A stretch of DNA of 60,274 bases from Candidatus Omnitrophota bacterium (GCA_043805415.1 JAZDHZ010000010.1:1-60274), one strand, 5' to 3'. Positions 35,954 through 46,179 are shown, counted from the first letter of the stretch. The notes: generated by a model not told the origin, from the letters alone. Program-made: numbers and translations.

Positions 35954-36367
35954 GTGATCAAGAGTTTATCGATTGGACATGAGATATCAGTTGTGGTGAT
36001 AAATGAAGTAGGCGCTTTAGCTAAAGTAACGTCATTTTTAGTTAATCATGGAATTAATGTGGATGCGGTTGCCGGATATTCTAATCATGTGGGCGATCAG
36101 GCAGGGCTGATGTTTATGACTGATGATAATGTATCAGCAATAAATGAACTTACAAACAATGGTTATGAGGATGTTAGAGAAAATGAAGTAATAGTTGTTG
36201 AACTAGAGAATACTCCCGGCGCCTTAAAAAATATTTCTGAACGGCTTACCCAAAAGGATATAAATATATCATATATTTATTGCACAACCTGTTTGCAAGG
36301 ATGTCCGGCAAAAATAGTTCTATCCACATCAGATAATGAAAGGGCGTTTGAATTACTTAAAAGCTGA
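35954..36367 (+). CDS. Tandem ACT-domain protein
   Basis: Two beta-alpha-beta-beta-alpha-beta units (ISVVVINEVGALAKVTSFLVNHGINV and IVVELENTPGALKNISERLTQKDINI). The GTG at 35954 is 6 nt after GGAGG. Confidence 0.6.
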   Translation: MIKSLSIGHEISVVVINEVGALAKVTSFLVNHGINVDAVAGYSNHVGDQAGLMFMTDDNVSAINELTNNGYEDVRENEVIVVELENTPGALKNISERLTQKDINISYIYCTTCLQGCPAKIVLSTSDNERAFELLKS

Positions 36368-36561
36368 AGTGGGATAAGCTTAAACCGCGCTATATGAAAT
36401 TACCGGCTTTTCTAATGTCGCAACATGTTTTTTAACAGGTGATTACATTTCTATTTAATAATTATTATTTTTAATGTAAACCTTTTAGCTTATTGTTCGT
36501 CTAAATGAGTGAAAGGCAATACAGCTAATTTAGATTAATTGTTTAGAAAGGGGGAATGAAT

Positions 36562-37167
36562 ATGAAAAAAATATGGATTGTTGGACTCGGAATAGTAATC
36601 GCGCTAAGCTCTAATTTATTTGCTCAGGACGAAGGTGCTGATACTTCCGGAAAACTGAGACAGGAACGAAAAGAATACATCCAGGAGCAGAAGCAGGAAA
36701 ATCAACAATGGCGCGAGGATTTTGAAGCACGCAGACAAACAGCACTGGAAGATTATCAAGCTCAAGGGCTTTCGCCAGAAGAAATCAAAGCAAAAATGGC
36801 TGAGTTTAGAAAAGAAGGCAAAGAACATAGGGTTGAAACCCGCGCGGAAATAAAAGAGCAAAAGCAGGAGTTTAAGCAAGAACGCAAAGAAATGCGATTT
36901 GAAAAAATGGATGCTAATGCTGATGGCCAGGTTGATCAAACAGAAAGACAAGCTTTTCGCAAAGAACGCATGGACAAAAATAATGATGGGAGCATAGATA
37001 AAACAGAAAGAAATCAATATAAAGATCGACGTGAAGATATTAGAGAACACAAGGAAAATAGAATGGAAAACCGCGAAAATATGCGCGAGCGCAGAGAAGA
37101 AAGAAGCGAAAGACGAGAAAGTGGAATGGGCCAAGGCAATAATGGCGGAGGCGGAGGCCGCAGATAA
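36562..37167 (+). CDS. Secreted highly charged protein with two EF-hand-type Ca-binding loops
   Basis: Signal peptide (IWIVGLGIVIALSSNLFA), E/K/R/Q-rich repeats, the loops DANADGQVDQTE and DKNNDGSIDKTE, and a poly-Gly tail. Confidence 0.6.
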   Translation: MKKIWIVGLGIVIALSSNLFAQDEGADTSGKLRQERKEYIQEQKQENQQWREDFEARRQTALEDYQAQGLSPEEIKAKMAEFRKEGKEHRVETRAEIKEQKQEFKQERKEMRFEKMDANADGQVDQTERQAFRKERMDKNNDGSIDKTERNQYKDRREDIREHKENRMENRENMRERREERSERRESGMGQGNNGGGGGRR

Positions 37168-37196
37168 GCGGTTTATTATTAATAGAGGAAAATACT

Positions 37197-37227
37197 CCCT
37201 GCATCCTAATAAGATGCAGGGTTTTTT
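37197..37227 (+). terminator. Rho-independent terminator
   Basis: CCCTGCATC (37197..37205), loop, GATGCAGGG (37213..37221), then TTTTTT. Confidence 0.8.
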
Positions 37228-37325
37228 ACAAATTATTTTGATTTCAAGGTCAGTTAAAGTATAATAATACTCTAACGGTAGCGGTTTGCGGAATATCTTT
37301 TCAATGAAAAATACATTAAAGACAG

Positions 37326-38567
37326 GTGAAAGAGAATTTTTTTATGGATCAGGTTAAGAAAAATGCAAGCATTCAGAATGATGCTGGAGGTTCTCCTGCC
37401 ATTAATGGGTCCTTAGCCTACAAGCTGCCGCATGATTTCATTGGGAATACAGGCATCGGCGAGTGTATGATTAAAACTTCTGACTCAATCTCGATAAATA
37501 GCGGGATAGATGAAATCCTTGTTTTTGCCAGAAATAATCAAACTACGGATATTCATATTTCAGCGAATAATCCGATATTTTTCCGAAAATACGGGTTGTT
37601 AACTCCTCAGACCAAACAGTGTTTAAAAAAAGAAGATGTTAAAAAGTTTATAGAAAGCATGCTCAGTGAACAGCAATTAACTGAATTTTATGCTTACGGA
37701 GATCTTGAACTAATCTATGTAATTACAGGTGCCGGCAGATTTAGAGTAACCGTAGCTAAAAAAACTCCTGGCTGGGATCTTACAATTCGTTTGATTCCTA
37801 TGCGGCTTTTTTCTTTTCAAGAATCCGGCATGCCTGAATCCTGTCGCGAGCTTACTAACTGGTCTCAGGGCATGGTATTGGTTACCGGCCCGATCGGTTG
37901 CGGGAAAACCACCACATTATCGGTTTTAACTGAATTAATCAATCAAACCCGCACCGAACATATTATATCAATTGAAAATCCGATTGAGTTTGTTTTTCAG
38001 CCAAAAAAATGTCAGATAACCCAAAGAGAAATAAATAAACATACTTTGTCTCAGGATAATGCCTTAAGAGCAGCGCTCAGACAAGATCCGGATATTCTTA
38101 TTGTAAGCGAGCTGCGGGATAATGAAAGTATTCAGCTTGCGGCTACCGCGGCGGAAACAGGACATTTGGTTTTAGGCACAATGAATACCAATGACGCGGC
38201 GCAAACTATACTCAGGATAGTTAATTCTTTTTCCCCTGAAGACAGGTCGCTTGTCCAAAATATGATATCAGAATCACTAAGAGGAATTATTTGTCAGCAA
38301 TTGATTCCCCGAAAAGACGGAAGAGGGATTGTCACGGCATATGAGGTTTTAGTGGTTAATTCCGCGATTTCTAATTTGATTCGAAAAGGCAATGTTGACC
38401 AGATATTACGTGTTATTGCTACCGGAGCCGCGGAAGGAATGATTCCGTTTGATTTGTCATTAATGAATTTGCTGGATAAAGGGATTATTAGCTGGGAAGA
38501 AGCTTATGCTCGCTGTTCAAATAAACGGGAATTTGAAAAACGCAGAGACGGGCTTTATCCGTTTTAA
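37326..38567 (+). CDS. PilT/PilU-like type IV pilus retraction ATPase paralogue with an N-terminal extension and an altered His box
   Basis: Walker A GPIGCGKTTT and Asp box ILIVSELRD. The His box reads GHLVLGTMNTNDAAQT (Asn where PilT has His). The start may instead be the ATG at 37344. Confidence 0.75.
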   Translation: MKENFFMDQVKKNASIQNDAGGSPAINGSLAYKLPHDFIGNTGIGECMIKTSDSISINSGIDEILVFARNNQTTDIHISANNPIFFRKYGLLTPQTKQCLKKEDVKKFIESMLSEQQLTEFYAYGDLELIYVITGAGRFRVTVAKKTPGWDLTIRLIPMRLFSFQESGMPESCRELTNWSQGMVLVTGPIGCGKTTTLSVLTELINQTRTEHIISIENPIEFVFQPKKCQITQREINKHTLSQDNALRAALRQDPDILIVSELRDNESIQLAATAAETGHLVLGTMNTNDAAQTILRIVNSFSPEDRSLVQNMISESLRGIICQQLIPRKDGRGIVTAYEVLVVNSAISNLIRKGNVDQILRVIATGAAEGMIPFDLSLMNLLDKGIISWEEAYARCSNKREFEKRRDGLYPF

Positions 38568-38584
38568 ATAGACTTAGGAATGAT

Positions 38585-39640
38585 ATGGCGAAAATAGACA
38601 ATTTATTTTATCAACTTATTGAAAAAAACGGTTCTGATCTGCATTTAGCCCAAGGCAGCAAGCCGAGAATCCGGATTAATGGAAGGCTTATTGAATTAAA
38701 AGATCAGCCAGTTTTTAGTCGAGAGTATATTTGTGAGATTCTGATGGAAATCTCCGGGCCGGAATTATGGGAAAAATTCCAGGATTCAGGAGATATTGAT
38801 TTTGCCTATGAACTGGATAATGGCAGCCGTTTTCGTTCTAATTATCTACGCCATTTTTATGGGTTTGGCGCTGTTTTCAGGCTTATCCCTTCACGAATAA
38901 TGACCTTTGATGAGCTGCAATTGCCTTTGGTATGCAAATCATTGTGCGAATTACAAGCAGGATTGGTTTTAGTCACCGGGCCAACCGGCAGCGGTAAATC
39001 AACAACCCTGGCGGCAATTATTGATTATATAAATTCTCAGTTTGTTAAAAAAATAATTACAATTGAAGAACCAATAGAATTTTTGCATCAGAATAAGGGT
39101 TGTATTATTGTTCACCGTGAAGTCGGCAGCGATACGGTTTCTTTTGCCCAAGGTTTGCGCAGCGCGCTCAAGAGTGACGCGAATATTATTCTTGTTGGTG
39201 AAATGCGCGACCGGGAAACCATAGAGCTTGCTTTGACAGCGGCGGAAATGGGGATTCTTGTGTTTGGAACTTTGCATACAAATTCCGCGGCGAAAACAAT
39301 TGATCGAATTGTTGACACTTTCCCTGGCGCGAAAAAAGACCAAATAAGTGAGATTTTGGCAAATACTCTACAGTCAGTAATAGCGCAGCAGCTGGTGCGT
39401 AGTGCTGATGGCTCCAGACGATGGGCAGCTTTTGAGATTCTTTTGCGGACAACGGCTTTGCCTTCAATAATCCGCGCTGGTGATACTAAATTGCTCAAGG
39501 GTGAGATTAATACTCATTCTAAAATCGGGATGATTTCCATGGATACCTCTCTTTTAAAACTTTTGCATGAATCAAAAATAACCAAAGAAGACGCGTATCT
39601 TAAAGCTTTGGATAAGGCATTATTTAAAGACGGAAGATAA
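38585..39640 (+). CDS. pilT: Type IV pilus twitching-motility ATPase PilT
   Basis: GPTGSGKSTT, IILVGEMRD, GILVFGTLHTNSAAKTIDRIV, and an AIRNLIRE-like SIIRAGD region. 351 aa. Confidence 0.9.
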   Translation: MAKIDNLFYQLIEKNGSDLHLAQGSKPRIRINGRLIELKDQPVFSREYICEILMEISGPELWEKFQDSGDIDFAYELDNGSRFRSNYLRHFYGFGAVFRLIPSRIMTFDELQLPLVCKSLCELQAGLVLVTGPTGSGKSTTLAAIIDYINSQFVKKIITIEEPIEFLHQNKGCIIVHREVGSDTVSFAQGLRSALKSDANIILVGEMRDRETIELALTAAEMGILVFGTLHTNSAAKTIDRIVDTFPGAKKDQISEILANTLQSVIAQQLVRSADGSRRWAAFEILLRTTALPSIIRAGDTKLLKGEINTHSKIGMISMDTSLLKLLHESKITKEDAYLKALDKALFKDGR

Positions 39641-39855
39641 ACTAGAGCTAAAGATATAAAACAGCGCTTTCTTTTTTTCGAATTGACAAAATAACCGGTA
39701 TCATGATATCATATTACTCTAATAAACATCTTGACATATCTTTTATATGTAAGAGGCTGCATAATCTGCAAATTCCTTGCTAGATAAAATCCAAAGCTTT
39801 TATTTACATATAGTTATGGCATCTTATTTTCTGCGGAATGCGGGAAAAAATAATG

Positions 39856-39880
39856 AATGGAATCCATATTGGATTCCATT
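39856..39880 (+). promoter_or_regulatory. Perfect 10-bp hairpin in the PFOR upstream region
   Basis: AATGGAATCC-atatt-GGATTCCATT, about 60 nt upstream of the start codon. Function unknown. Confidence 0.3.
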
Positions 39881-39940
39881 ATCATCTTTTAAGACAAAAA
39901 ATCTCAATAAAATTAATAAGCACAAGAAATGGAGGAAGTA

Positions 39941-40810
39941 ATGGCAAGAAGAAAAATCGTGATGGACGGCAATAGCGCCGCGGCGTATGTCGGACATGCT
40001 ATGAATGAAGTATGCGCTATTTATCCGATAACCCCTTCTTCGGGTATTGGAGAGATAGCTGATGAGAAATCAGCAAAAGGCCAGGTTAATATTTGGGGTC
40101 AGGTTCCAATGGTATCGGAACTGCAGTCTGAAGGCGGCGCTTCCGGTGCTGTGCATGGCTCGCTTTCTGCCGGAGCATTAACCACAACTTTTACCGCCTC
40201 GCAGGGTTTACTGCTTATGCTGCCGAATATGTATAAAATTGCCGGAGAATTAACTCCCGCGGTTTTTTATGTGACTGCCCGGACATTAGCTTCACACGCG
40301 CTTTCTATATTCTGCGATCATTCGGATATTATGGCTGCCCGTCCAACCGGATTCGGGATATTATTTGCCAGCAGCGTACAGGAAGTAATGGATCTGAGTG
40401 TTGTTGCCCAGGCCGCGACTTTAGAATCACGCGTTCCGTTTATTATCTCTTTAGACGGATTCAGAACATCGCATGAAATTCAGAAAATTGAAGAACTGAC
40501 TTTTGATGATATGCGCGCCATGGTAAAAGATGAGTTAATTGCTGAACATCGAAAACGCGCGCTGAGTCCGGATCACCCCAGTCTTAAAGGGACTTCTCAA
40601 AACCCGGATGTATTTTTTCAGGAAAGAGAAACCGTAAATCCGTTTTATGATAAAACTCCGGCGGTTGTTCAGAGTGTTATGAACAGATTTGCCAAAGTAG
40701 TCGGCCGCCAGTATAGGGCATTTGATTATATCGGAGCAAAAGACGCTGAGAAAATAATCATTATTATGGGCTCGGGTGCTGGCGCGGTTCAGGAAACAGT
40801 TGAAAGCTGA
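39941..40810 (+). CDS. nifJ: Pyruvate:ferredoxin (flavodoxin) oxidoreductase, N-terminal fragment (frameshift-interrupted)
   Basis: MDGNSAAAYVGHAMNEVCAIYPITPSS is the canonical PFOR domain I start. GGAGG sits 5 nt upstream of the ATG at 39941. The ORF stops at 40808..40810 in the middle of a conserved segment. Confidence 0.85.
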   Translation: MARRKIVMDGNSAAAYVGHAMNEVCAIYPITPSSGIGEIADEKSAKGQVNIWGQVPMVSELQSEGGASGAVHGSLSAGALTTTFTASQGLLLMLPNMYKIAGELTPAVFYVTARTLASHALSIFCDHSDIMAARPTGFGILFASSVQEVMDLSVVAQAATLESRVPFIISLDGFRTSHEIQKIEELTFDDMRAMVKDELIAEHRKRALSPDHPSLKGTSQNPDVFFQERETVNPFYDKTPAVVQSVMNRFAKVVGRQYRAFDYIGAKDAEKIIIIMGSGAGAVQETVES

Positions 40811-40827
40811 ATGCAGCCAAAGAAAAG

Positions 40828-43515
40828 GTGGGCATGATAATTGTAAGACTCTATCGTCCGTTTAATGTAGAGGCATTTATCGCCACTATTCCGGCAACCA
40901 CAAAGTCAATCGCGGTTTTAGACAGAACCAAAGAACCCGGCGCGATCGGCGAACCTTTATATCTTGATGTGCGTTCCGCGATTGGCGAAGCAATGGAAAC
41001 AGGCACCGCGCCGTTTAAAGTATGGCCAAAGATTGTCGGCGGACGTTATGGTTTAGGCTCCAAAGAATTTACTCCCTGCATGGTCAAGGCGGCATTTGAT
41101 AATTTATCCAAGCCAGAACCGAAAAATAAATTCACACTGGGAATTGTGGATGATGTGACTAATTCCAGCTTAGAATCTGATGCTTGTTTTGAAGCAGAAG
41201 ATGCGGAAACTTTCCGCTGCATGTTCTGGGGCTTAGGTTCTGACGGAACAGTCGGCGCGAATAAAAACTCGATTAAGATAATCGGAGAATCAACTGATTT
41301 TAATGTCCAGGGATTTTTTGTTTATGACTCGAAAAAAGCCGGCTCAAGAACAACCTCGCATTTACGTTTTGGCAAAAAAGCAATTAACAGTACATACTTG
41401 GTGCAAAAAGCTAATTTTATTGCCTGCCATAATTTCAGCTTCCTGGAAAAATATGACATGCTTTCAGCCGCGGAAAAAGGCGCGACTTTTCTTTTGGCAA
41501 GTCCGTTTGGCAAAGATGAAGTATGGGATAAGATGCCCAAAGAAGTTCAACAGCAGATTATTGATAAAAAACTTAAGCTTTATGTAATTAAAGCATTTGA
41601 ATTAGCTGATCAGCTGGGATTAGGCGCGAGAATCAATGTGATAATGCAAACTGCTTTCTTTAAAATCAGCAATATTCTTCCAGTGGAAAAAGCCGTGGAA
41701 GCAATCAAAACTTCGATTAAAAAGACCTATGGTTCCAAAGGTGAAAAAGTAGTTAATATGAATAACAAAGCTGTAGATATTGCCCTTACCTCAATTGAAC
41801 AAGTTAAAATCAGTGAAAAAGCAACCAGTAAAATATCTATTCCGAGTATTGTTTCGGATAATGCGCCTGATTTTGTAAAAAATGTTACTGCGCCGATCAT
41901 TGCCGGTAAAGGTGATGACCTTCCGGTATCAGCTTTTCCAATTGACGGTACCTGGCCGACAGCAACCTGTCAGTATGAAAAACGCAATATCGCATTACAT
42001 ATTCCTGAATGGACGCCTGAGCTTTGTATTCAATGCGGTCAGTGCAGCTTTGTGTGTCCGCACGCGGTTATTAGAATGAAAATCTATGACGCTGATCTGG
42101 CGAAAAAAGCTCCGCAAGGGTTTAAATCATCCCCAGCTAAAGGCAAAGGGGTTGAGACCAAGGCCTTTACTCTACAGGTTGCTCCGGAAGATTGTACTGG
42201 CTGCGTCGCTTGTGTAAATAAATGTCCGGCTTTGGAAAAAGGCGCGGATAAACAGCCTACAGGAAAAAAAGCAATTAACATGGTTTCGCAAATTGAAATC
42301 CGCGAAAAAGAAAAAAAGAACTTTGAGTTTTTCCTTTCTTTACCGGATTTAACTGTAAAAGATAATCCATTCGGCATTGAAACATTGCGCGGCGCTCAGC
42401 TGATGCGGCCTTTGTTTGAGTTCTCAGGCGCTTGTGCCGGCTGCGGGGAAACTCCTTATGTAAAACTGCTTACCCAGTTATATGGAGACAGAGCGATTAT
42501 TGCTAATGCCACGGGTTGTTCCTCGATTTACGGCGGAAATTTACCAACAACGCCATATTGCACCAGAGCAGACGGTAAAGGCCCGGCCTGGTCAAATTCA
42601 TTGTTTGAAGACAATGCTGAATTTGGTTTTGGCATGCGCCTGGCAGTTACTCAGATTCAGGAACAGGCAAAGATGGCATTAAAGGAAATAGCCACTGGTG
42701 ATTTAGGTTCTTTGGTTGATGAGATATTAAAAGCAGAACAGAAAACCCATTTACAGATTGAAGAACAGCGGGAAAGAGTCGCATTGCTTAAAACAAAACT
42801 CAAAGGAAATGCTAAAGCAGCTAAATTGCTTTCACTTGCGGATTACCTTGTTGCTAAGAGCGTCTGGATTCTTGGCGGAGACGGATGGGCCTATGATATC
42901 GGATATGGCGGATTAGACCATGTGCTTGCTCAGGATAAAAATATCAATGTTCTGGTGCTGGATACAGAAGTTTATTCCAATACCGGAGGACAGATGTCCA
43001 AAGCAACACCAATGGGCGCGATTGCTAAATTTGCTGCTGCGGGAAAGCCATTATTCAAAAAAGATCTTGGATTATTGGCGGCAACATACGGATCAATTTA
43101 TGTTGCCCGTGTAGCCATGGGTGCTAATCCAGCGCAAACCCAAAAAGCATTTATTGAAGCAGAGCAGTTTGACGGGCCTTCAATAATCATTGCTTATACG
43201 CATTGCATTGCCCATGGAATTAATATGACCAAGGGTATGGATCAGCAGAAACTGGCTGTGGACAGCGGATATTGGACATTGTTCAGGTTTAATCCTGATT
43301 TGATCAAGCAGAATAAGAACCCAATGCAGCTTGATTCTAAAGCCCCGAGCATTCCATTGGAAAACTATATCTATAATGAAAATCGGTTTAAAGCGCTTAA
43401 GAACATGGCTCCGGAAAGAGCAGCGGAATTTTTAAAACTTTCCCAGGCTGAACTTAAACGCCGCTATAGAATGTATGAGCATTTAACTAAACTGGATTAT
43501 TCGCAGACTGAATAA
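40828..43515 (+). CDS. nifJ: Pyruvate:ferredoxin (flavodoxin) oxidoreductase, C-terminal fragment (frame open from 40804)
   Basis: KLNAAKEKVGMIIVRLYRPF continues PFOR domain II. Also present: two 4Fe-4S motifs (CIQCGQCSFVCP, CTGCVACVNKCP) and the TPP domain (GGDGWAYDIGYGGLDH). Confidence 0.85.
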   Translation: MGMIIVRLYRPFNVEAFIATIPATTKSIAVLDRTKEPGAIGEPLYLDVRSAIGEAMETGTAPFKVWPKIVGGRYGLGSKEFTPCMVKAAFDNLSKPEPKNKFTLGIVDDVTNSSLESDACFEAEDAETFRCMFWGLGSDGTVGANKNSIKIIGESTDFNVQGFFVYDSKKAGSRTTSHLRFGKKAINSTYLVQKANFIACHNFSFLEKYDMLSAAEKGATFLLASPFGKDEVWDKMPKEVQQQIIDKKLKLYVIKAFELADQLGLGARINVIMQTAFFKISNILPVEKAVEAIKTSIKKTYGSKGEKVVNMNNKAVDIALTSIEQVKISEKATSKISIPSIVSDNAPDFVKNVTAPIIAGKGDDLPVSAFPIDGTWPTATCQYEKRNIALHIPEWTPELCIQCGQCSFVCPHAVIRMKIYDADLAKKAPQGFKSSPAKGKGVETKAFTLQVAPEDCTGCVACVNKCPALEKGADKQPTGKKAINMVSQIEIREKEKKNFEFFLSLPDLTVKDNPFGIETLRGAQLMRPLFEFSGACAGCGETPYVKLLTQLYGDRAIIANATGCSSIYGGNLPTTPYCTRADGKGPAWSNSLFEDNAEFGFGMRLAVTQIQEQAKMALKEIATGDLGSLVDEILKAEQKTHLQIEEQRERVALLKTKLKGNAKAAKLLSLADYLVAKSVWILGGDGWAYDIGYGGLDHVLAQDKNINVLVLDTEVYSNTGGQMSKATPMGAIAKFAAAGKPLFKKDLGLLAATYGSIYVARVAMGANPAQTQKAFIEAEQFDGPSIIIAYTHCIAHGINMTKGMDQQKLAVDSGYWTLFRFNPDLIKQNKNPMQLDSKAPSIPLENYIYNENRFKALKNMAPERAAEFLKLSQAELKRRYRMYEHLTKLDYSQTE

Positions 43516-43535
43516 TTCTAAGTTAAACGAAATTA

Positions 43536-43569
43536 GCCCTTTGCCGGTAACGGCAAAGGGCTTTTTCTT
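43536..43569 (+). terminator. Rho-independent terminator after PFOR
   Basis: GCCCTTTGCCG-gtaa-CGGCAAAGGGC followed by TTTTTCTTT. Confidence 0.85.
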
Positions 43570-43726
43570 TACCCGTAAAATACGCCATAAATGATCCGGC
43601 TGATTCTGATTGCCTGGATTGGGGCAAAGGTATAAAATATATATGCCGGGTTATCCGGGAGGGCCGGGATCAAGAATAATTTTTTGGCTTGGAAAATATC
43701 TGTTAAATAAAAGGGAGCTGACTAGA

Positions 43727-46012
43727 ATGGAAAAAGATCCTATTTGCGGTATGGATGTTGATGCCCGGAACGCGATAAAAGTGGAAGTAGAAAATAGAAT
43801 ATATTACTTTTGCAGTGAGAACTGCAAGGATAAATTTATTCAAAATTTAACAAATCATGCTCAGCAGAAGATAAAGCGGAAACCTGCCGCGGCTAAAGAC
43901 CGGCAATATACCTGCCCGATGCATCCGGAGATAATTCAGGATATTCCCGGAGACTGTCCGAAATGCGGGATGGCTTTGGAACTCAAAAGCGCGACCGCGG
44001 AAAAAGGAGCGGAAGATGAGGAAATAAAAAAATTAGCTAAAAAATTCCGGCTTGGATTAGCTTTAGGCCTGCCGGTTTTTTTCCTGGCAATACAAGAAAT
44101 GATTCCGGCGATAAAATTTGAATTTATTTCTCACCGCGTTTCCGGCTATCTGCAGCTGGTCTTGGCAACTCCGGTAATTTTTTGGGCAGGAGGATTCTTT
44201 TTTACAAAGGCTTGGAAATCGGTTATTAACCGCAGTTTAAATATGTTTTCTTTGATTGCCATGGGTGTGGGCGCGGCTTATTTTTACAGTGCTGCGGCTG
44301 TTTTGTTTCCGCGGATTTTTCCTGAATCCTTAAAGATGCAGGGGGAGCTCGGGCTGTATTTTGAAGCAGGCGTCGCGATTACTTTATTAGTTATATTAGG
44401 ACAATATTTGGAAGCAAGGGCAAGGGCGCGGACAGGCCAGGCAATAAAGGCTTTATTAGGCCTTGCCGCAAAAAAAGCGCGCAGAATTACGGATTCAGGA
44501 GAAGAAGAAGTAGATATAGAACAGATTCAGAAAAATGACCTTCTTCGCGTGCGCCCCGGGGATAAAGTACCGTTAGACGGTATTATTACGGAAGGCAAAA
44601 GCACTATTGACGAATCAATGATTTCCGGTGAGCCGGTTCCGGTTGAGAAAAAACAAGGCGACAGGGTTATTGGCGCAACGGTAAATCAAACCGGCACATT
44701 TGTGATGAGAACTGAAAAAATCGGATCAGAAACATTGCTATCTCAGATTGTTCAGATGGTTGCTGATGCTCAGCGCAGCCGCGCGCCGATTCAGGCAATC
44801 GCGGATAAAGTGGCCGGGGTTTTTGTGCCTGTTGTTATTTTAACTGCCGGGTTAACATTTATCATTTGGTCATTCTGGGGGCCGGAGCATGCGCTTGCCT
44901 ATGCTTTGGTTAATTCTATTGCTGTTTTGATTATTGCCTGTCCCTGCGCGTTAGGATTAGCCACTCCGATGTCGATTATGGTTGGAATTGGCAGGGGGGC
45001 GCAAGCCGGTGTATTGATAAAAAATGCCGAAGCTATTGAGAAAACTGAAAAAATAACGCATGTTTTAACAGATAAGACCGGGACATTGACCGAAGGTAAG
45101 CCGCGTGTTACAGCTGTCGAACAGGCAGAAGATATTGACGAAAAAACTCTTCTGGCGGTTGCCGGTTCTTTAGAACAGCCAAGCGAACATCCGCTGGCCC
45201 GCGCGGTGCTTGATTATGCTAAAGAAAAAAATGCCGGGCTTAAGGATATCGAGGATTTTGATTCCGTGACTGGCGGAGGGGTTAAGGGGAGGCTAGGAAT
45301 CAAAGAGGTGTGTTTGGGCAAACAGAAGTTTATTGAAAAGTTCGTGAAAAATTTGCCGCAAAATTTGCTGGACAAAGCGATAGCTATGCAGAAAAAGGCT
45401 CAGACTGTTGTCTGGGTAGCGCAGGAAAAGAAAGTTTTAGGGATAATCGGAATATCTGATCCGATTAAAAAAACAACGCCGGAAGCAATTAAAGCGCTGC
45501 ATGCTCTGGGCTTAAAGGTTGTTATGCTGACCGGTGATAATAAAAAGACAGCTGAGGCCATTGCCAAAGAATTGAATATTGATGATGTCCGCGCGGAACT
45601 GGAACCTAAAGATAAGCAGGAAATCGTTAAAGAGCTGACCCAAAAAGGCGCTTTGGTTATGATGGCCGGTGACGGGATTAATGATGCTCCGGCTTTAGCC
45701 CAGGCTGAGGTCGGGGTGGCTATGGGAACAGGCACAGATGTCGCGATACAAAGCGCGGGAATTACTCTGGTGCAAGGCGACTTGAATGGAATAGTTAAAG
45801 CGATTAAACTAAGCCGGGCGGTTATGGGGAATATACGGCAGAATCTGTTTTTTGCCTTTATTTATAATGCTCTTGGCGTGCCGGTTGCTGCCGGCATTCT
45901 TTATCCATTTATCGGGCTGCTGCTGAACCCGATGATTGCCGGAGCGGCAATGAGCTTTAGCTCGGTTTCTGTAATTGGAAACGCGCTAAGATTGAGAAGA
46001 ACAAAATTATAA
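43727..46012 (+). CDS. copA: Copper-translocating P1B-type ATPase
   Basis: N-terminal YHS/TRASH-like DPICGMDV...YYFCSENC and [24 protein letters not shown]. Also CPC ([12 protein letters not shown]), DKTGTLT and GDGINDAP. The ATG at 43727 follows AAGGGAG, so the ORF-track TTG at 43610 is unlikely. Confidence 0.9.
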   Translation: MEKDPICGMDVDARNAIKVEVENRIYYFCSENCKDKFIQNLTNHAQQKIKRKPAAAKDRQYTCPMHPEIIQDIPGDCPKCGMALELKSATAEKGAEDEEIKKLAKKFRLGLALGLPVFFLAIQEMIPAIKFEFISHRVSGYLQLVLATPVIFWAGGFFFTKAWKSVINRSLNMFSLIAMGVGAAYFYSAAAVLFPRIFPESLKMQGELGLYFEAGVAITLLVILGQYLEARARARTGQAIKALLGLAAKKARRITDSGEEEVDIEQIQKNDLLRVRPGDKVPLDGIITEGKSTIDESMISGEPVPVEKKQGDRVIGATVNQTGTFVMRTEKIGSETLLSQIVQMVADAQRSRAPIQAIADKVAGVFVPVVILTAGLTFIIWSFWGPEHALAYALVNSIAVLIIACPCALGLATPMSIMVGIGRGAQAGVLIKNAEAIEKTEKITHVLTDKTGTLTEGKPRVTAVEQAEDIDEKTLLAVAGSLEQPSEHPLARAVLDYAKEKNAGLKDIEDFDSVTGGGVKGRLGIKEVCLGKQKFIEKFVKNLPQNLLDKAIAMQKKAQTVVWVAQEKKVLGIIGISDPIKKTTPEAIKALHALGLKVVMLTGDNKKTAEAIAKELNIDDVRAELEPKDKQEIVKELTQKGALVMMAGDGINDAPALAQAEVGVAMGTGTDVAIQSAGITLVQGDLNGIVKAIKLSRAVMGNIRQNLFFAFIYNALGVPVAAGILYPFIGLLLNPMIAGAAMSFSSVSVIGNALRLRRTKL

Positions 46013-46106
46013 GAATAAAAACAGGCGTGTATCTTTTTGTACAACCTCATATAAATCAATAAGATAAATCGAAAACCTCCATTATTTTTAACGTGCTTTA
46101 AGTTTA

Positions 46107-46135
46107 TTGCAAAATCAAAATTCCTATGGTATACT
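46107..46135 (+). promoter_or_regulatory. Sigma70-like promoter (TTGCAA-17-TATACT)
   Basis: TTGCAA at 46107..46112, a 17-nt spacer, TATACT at 46130..46135. It lies upstream of the HD-GYP gene. Confidence 0.5.
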
Positions 46136-46179
46136 TTAAAACATTTTTTAACATATAGTTAGTATTAGAAACACAATGC

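Noticed and set aside
36616-37134. 172-aa antisense ORF across the EF-hand protein gene
   Set aside because: It is the mirror image of a low-complexity purine-rich coding region. The plus-strand ORF has a signal peptide, EF-hand loops, an RBS and a terminator.
39112-39498. Antisense ORFs inside pilT (38999..39343, 39112..39498, 39186..39467)
   Set aside because: All are shadow ORFs of a gene with complete PilT motifs.
40795-40812. Programmed -1 ribosomal frameshift in the PFOR gene
   Set aside because: The shift site is only a short A-run (GAAAG), with no X-XXY-YYZ slippery heptamer and no obvious downstream stimulatory structure. A homopolymer indel, real or from sequencing, is the simpler explanation.
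43610-43726. ORF-track TTG start for copA at 43610
   Set aside because: The upstream 39 codons ([20 protein letters not shown]...) overlap the PFOR terminator region and have no RBS. The ATG at 43727 has an AAGGGAG RBS and begins exactly at the YHS-type metal-binding domain.
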